Part shown: positions 60,655-64,000 of the stretch, one piece after another | How positions within the stretch are numbered: the stretch's first letter is position 1 | Layout: the number at the start of each line of letters is the position of its first letter | IMG/VR virus record: IMGVR_UViG_3300010222_000002 | Coordinates: 1 to 64,000 of that record | Source of the DNA: a virus | Reading direction: 5' to 3' (one strand) | Length of the DNA: 64,000 nucleotides | The notes under the pieces: generated by a model | What the model was told of the DNA's origin: nothing | Databases searched by the model: none | The model's input: only the letters and a program-made list of their open reading frames with translations | Translations under genes and position numbers: made by a program

Positions 60655-60713
60655 GATCCACACTCCGCCCTTCTCGAAGATTTCTTGCGATTTTCACCGA
60701 GACAAACTAACTT

Positions 60714-61214
60714 ATGACGGAAACTACTCAAGAAGCAGACGTAGAAGCACAGGACGACAACGGCCCGAATATTAGCCGACTTCGTGAAATGGCTATTCGC
60801 GGCGATCAATTCCGTGATAGCATCGACTTCACGTACTACGACATGGAAGGCGAGCTTGTCGTCAGGCCGCTTACTGACGAAGAGTTCCTTCCGATTGCCG
60901 CGTTCCTTGAAAAGCGTCTTGATCTGGACCCCGAAGAGGCACAAGAGGCGCTGGAAGAGGGCAAGGACGAAGAAAATGGTACTATCGACCCGAGCCAATT
61001 CGATGAAGACTTCGTGGAGATTATGCACGAAGCCGCTATCCTCGGCATCGATACCGATGATGGTATCGCTGAGGGTGAAGATGAAGAGGGAGTCGAAGAG
61101 ATCGTCAAAATGCTTCAGGGTGGCAAGTCCCTCGTGATCGCAGAGCGGGTGTTGGAACTCTCTTCTGACGCGGAGAGCGCCGAGTCCTTTCGCAGAGACG
61201 GGGGCGGCGAGTAG
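60714..61214 (+). CDS. tail assembly chaperone candidate (acidic, 166 aa)
   Basis: Lies between the tube and tape measure genes; very acidic. Confidence 0.5.
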   Translation: MTETTQEADVEAQDDNGPNISRLREMAIRGDQFRDSIDFTYYDMEGELVVRPLTDEEFLPIAAFLEKRLDLDPEEAQEALEEGKDEENGTIDPSQFDEDFVEIMHEAAILGIDTDDGIAEGEDEEGVEEIVKMLQGGKSLVIAERVLELSSDAESAESFRRDGGGE

Positions 61215-61275
61215 CTTCAAGAATCGAGTTGAAAAATACTCAAACGGCATCACGGACCTTCCCGGTGTCGATCAT

Positions 61276-61503
61276 ATGGGCGACCTGACCCCATTCCAAA
61301 ATCAGGTTCTCGACGCCGCTGAACAGAAGGAACACGAAGAACAACAGCGGATGCAGGAAGAAGCTCGTCAGGGGAACAGTCCGACACGGAACGCTCGTTC
61401 GAATAACACACCGTCTGGTGGTGCAGATATTCAACAAGAAGAGAGCGTTCGCTACATCAATAAAAATCTGAATCCAGAACACGAAGTCCACGAATCTGAA
61501 TAA
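61276..61503 (+). CDS. second chaperone-region ORF (75 aa); its frame is open from 61138
   Basis: The reading frame is open 138 nt upstream of its ATG and overlaps the end of 60714-61214 by 77 nt in the +1 frame. Confidence 0.4.
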   Translation: MGDLTPFQNQVLDAAEQKEHEEQQRMQEEARQGNSPTRNARSNNTPSGGADIQQEESVRYINKNLNPEHEVHESE

Positions 61504-63398
61504 TGGCTGTAGAACTTGACATTGAGCTTCAAGCGTCGGATGTTATAGGCGAAATTGGCGCTATTGCGAAAGCTCTGAAAGGCTTGGAGATGACCGCCGA
61601 TGATACTGAAATTGATTTCGATGTCGATGTAAAGAATATTCGACAAGAAATCAACAAGCTCCGTGATGCACTCGATGGTATTGATACTGACCTAAGCCGA
61701 CTTTCGAATGACCTCGAAAGAGCGGCTGAAGCGTGGAACAATGCTGAAGCGACAATTAGTACGCCGACTCCAGATGGTAACACTGGAAGTGGGGACAGCA
61801 CTGGTGGCGATCCTCCGGTTCAGATAGAGTCTGGATTCGAGAAGGTCGCCCGTAAAGTTGCTGATGGAGACGATTCTGGTCTTGGTCGAAATGATACTCT
61901 GAAACGTCTCTTTGGCCGCCCCGGTGGAGTTGCGATGGGACTTGGAGATATGGGTGATCTCCACAAACTGCGTTCGAGCTTATCATCGAACCTCGGCCAA
62001 CACGACGGTGATTTCGGTCGTAAATCTCTTGCAGAGATGATTGGCGCTCGAAGTCGCTTCGGGATGGAACCCATTTCGAGGATTCGACAACGGCGTGTTT
62101 CGGGACTTGACTTTGAAGGAGATGATGGGGCAAGTGCCGTAGATTTAGTAACCGATAGTAGTAGCAAAGATAACAGGCCTTTCCGACATCTTCCAAAAGA
62201 TGTATTCAGAGAAGCCACCGATAGTGTAGACGATTTCGGTAATGCCAATACAAGACTCAAAAAGAAGCTGAAGAGTCTAAGGCCGACGATGGGGAAGTAT
62301 ATGCAACTTCTCGCCGCTATTATCCCCCTCGCTATTACTCTTGGTGTCCAACTTCTCGGAGTCGCCGCCGCACTTGGTAGTATTGCAGTTGCCGGTGCTG
62401 GCGTGATCGGTCTTGGGCTTCTTGGACACGGAGAAAATATGGCCGAATCCTTCGCTGAAGCGAAGAAGCAGGTTCGAGACTTGAAGAAAGACCTGTTCGA
62501 GACGTTCCAGCCTTCAATGCAACAGTTGGCCCCGCTTCAGGCACAACTCTTCGATCAGGCTCCCGATATGCTTCAGCCAGTTAATGAAGCACTCGAAGGA
62601 CTGGGGGTTCACGAAGACACACTAATGGAATTGGGTCACGCTTTGGCGGGCGGATTCGCTGAGGCTATCAACATCATCAACAGCAACGCTGAAGCCATCA
62701 ACACTCTTGTCTTGGATATTGGCGGAATGATCGGCTCCGGCCTTCTCGAACTCTTCGAGTGGCTGATCCAGAACGCCGCCGCTAATAAGCAATTCATCAG
62801 AGAGCTTGGAAGTCAGTTTGTCAAACTTGGCGTAATAATCTTCAATCTCTCAACTGCTATTTCAAGAGTTGTTGTCGGGTTGGGGCCACTGCTCGATGTT
62901 CTGGTCTTGGTTAGTAAAATCCTGAACAATGATATTGTTGCGGGACTTCTTACCACGATTGGCTATCTCTTCACGTTAGCTAAAATGACGATGCTCGTGA
63001 AGAGCTTAGGAGCCAGTATCAAAGCACTGACTGTCTGGATGTCAGGATACACCGCAACTACTTGGGGTGCTGTGGCGGCAACACTGGCTCTCGCTTCAGC
63101 ATTAAGCTTGGGACTGGCTGGAGTAGCAGGCGGTGCAGGAATCATTGGTTCAGGGATTCCCGGCGGTAATCCAACTTCTTCTGCACCTACAGGAAGCGGA
63201 GTTGGACCCGGAGGTTCAGCAGGTGGTGGAATGGTGGTTAACGATAACCGATCCTATACCATCAACTCCGGCGGGGAGCAGGACTATGCTTCACAGAAGC
63301 GTCTCGAAGAAGAGATCGATAGAAGTCACGAAGACAGACAAGCGCAGAGCGAACCAACAGTCGAAACGTCTTCAGTTGAATCAACGATGGGCATATAA
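61503..63398 (+). CDS. tail tape measure protein
   Basis: 631 aa with a coiled-coil N-terminus, long hydrophobic/Gly-Ala-rich central segments and a Gly-rich C-terminus, in the canonical position. Confidence 0.7.
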   Translation: MAVELDIELQASDVIGEIGAIAKALKGLEMTADDTEIDFDVDVKNIRQEINKLRDALDGIDTDLSRLSNDLERAAEAWNNAEATISTPTPDGNTGSGDSTGGDPPVQIESGFEKVARKVADGDDSGLGRNDTLKRLFGRPGGVAMGLGDMGDLHKLRSSLSSNLGQHDGDFGRKSLAEMIGARSRFGMEPISRIRQRRVSGLDFEGDDGASAVDLVTDSSSKDNRPFRHLPKDVFREATDSVDDFGNANTRLKKKLKSLRPTMGKYMQLLAAIIPLAITLGVQLLGVAAALGSIAVAGAGVIGLGLLGHGENMAESFAEAKKQVRDLKKDLFETFQPSMQQLAPLQAQLFDQAPDMLQPVNEALEGLGVHEDTLMELGHALAGGFAEAINIINSNAEAINTLVLDIGGMIGSGLLELFEWLIQNAAANKQFIRELGSQFVKLGVIIFNLSTAISRVVVGLGPLLDVLVLVSKILNNDIVAGLLTTIGYLFTLAKMTMLVKSLGASIKALTVWMSGYTATTWGAVAATLALASALSLGLAGVAGGAGIIGSGIPGGNPTSSAPTGSGVGPGGSAGGGMVVNDNRSYTINSGGEQDYASQKRLEEEIDRSHEDRQAQSEPTVETSSVESTMGI

Positions 63399-63931
63399 TG
63401 ACTCACAACACCGTATTCGACAAGAGTTCAGATTTCCCTGAAAATCCTAACGAGCAACTGGGATTTGAAATCGATCCGGGTGATAAGCATTGGTCTTTTA
63501 TTCCAGAATTTTATCCAAGTGATTTTACCCAAATGAAAAAGCGGAAATTGCGTAGGTATGGTGGCGGATGTGAAGGTGAAAGTGTTAGTCTGAAGCAGGT
63601 CAAAAACCGTGAAATCCACATTAAGGGACTCATGCTTCGGAGCGAGCTTGCTACCTTCCAAGAGATAATGGATTACAACCAAAAGGTCGATCTTTTATCT
63701 CCAGTTAATCCTGATGGTGGAATGGAATGTTTCATCAAAAGTGCTGAATTAGGAAATCAGAAAGGATACGACCCACAAACGCAACAACGCATCTTCGAGT
63801 ATAGAATCGATCTTATCTCAACTGGCAGGGACGAAACTGACCACGAACAGAACGCTATTGTCACTGCTATTGTTGGCGGCAACGAAGTCCTCGGGACGAC
63901 TGACGACACTTTCATCTCACCCCTACAATGA
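63398..63931 (+). CDS. tail/baseplate protein candidate (177 aa)
   Basis: Lies immediately after the tape measure gene (ATGA overlap). Confidence 0.45.
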   Translation: MTHNTVFDKSSDFPENPNEQLGFEIDPGDKHWSFIPEFYPSDFTQMKKRKLRRYGGGCEGESVSLKQVKNREIHIKGLMLRSELATFQEIMDYNQKVDLLSPVNPDGGMECFIKSAELGNQKGYDPQTQQRIFEYRIDLISTGRDETDHEQNAIVTAIVGGNEVLGTTDDTFISPLQ

Positions 63932-64000
63932 CAGACTGTTCTCACGACTGGACGGTTAAGATCTACTACCAGACTCTATCGGGCGAAGAACATCTTGAAA
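63928..64000 (+). CDS. partial CDS (N-terminus; continues right of the window)
   Basis: The ATG at 63928 overlaps the upstream TGA. MTDCSHDWTVKIYYQTLSGEEHLE... runs to the window edge. Confidence 0.4.
   Translation, partial: MTDCSHDWTVKIYYQTLSGEEHLE

Noticed and set aside
1-64000. rRNA genes, transposase/IS elements, or cellular housekeeping genes that would indicate host chromosome.
   Set aside because: Nothing resembling rRNA, an IS transposase or terminal inverted repeats was seen. Both flanks of the integrase region carry virus-type genes with the same leader motifs. The window is therefore read as viral DNA throughout (free or integrated).

Overview
The window looks like one continuous piece of a haloarchaeal tailed-virus genome (myovirus type) or provirus. 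Predicted proteins are strongly acidic and genes are tightly packed, often with ATGA or 8-nt overlaps. Positions 1-41650 are almost all minus-strand and carry replication and nucleotide-metabolism genes: a family B DNA polymerase split by an intein, an AEP primase, a Cas4-like nuclease, an HTH-metallophosphoesterase, a P-loop ATPase, a dUTPase-like protein, a HAD phosphatase, an ERCC4 nuclease and a 946-aa GHKL ATPase. This half also holds a tyrosine integrase next to tRNA-like fragments, HNH and LAGLIDADG homing endonucleases, many very small zinc-ribbon ORFs, and a tRNA cluster (Gln, Pro, Thr, plus one degenerate His-like). Positions 42479-64000 are a plus-strand morphogenesis module (terminase, portal, protease, capsid, head-tail joining, sheath, tube, chaperones, tape measure). 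A glycosyltransferase / phosphodiesterase / repeat-fibre cluster is inserted into it. The most unusual signals are non-coding. (1) tRNA-like minihelices (T-arm plus acceptor-like stem) sit in 5-prime leaders, and one real tRNA abuts an mRNA leader. (2) A box GGGACA(C/T)AACC lies 0-13 nt before the ATG of at least 13 minus-strand genes, often after 60-140 nt structured leaders that follow an AAGACT motif. (3) The decamer CCCTTCTCGA occurs 19 times on both strands, in coding and non-coding DNA. (4) A stretch of about 1.9 kb (39012-40969) has no credible ORF. It has its own duplicated promoter module and borders an iteron-like inverted-repeat array. All functional calls come from reading motifs by eye; no searches were run.
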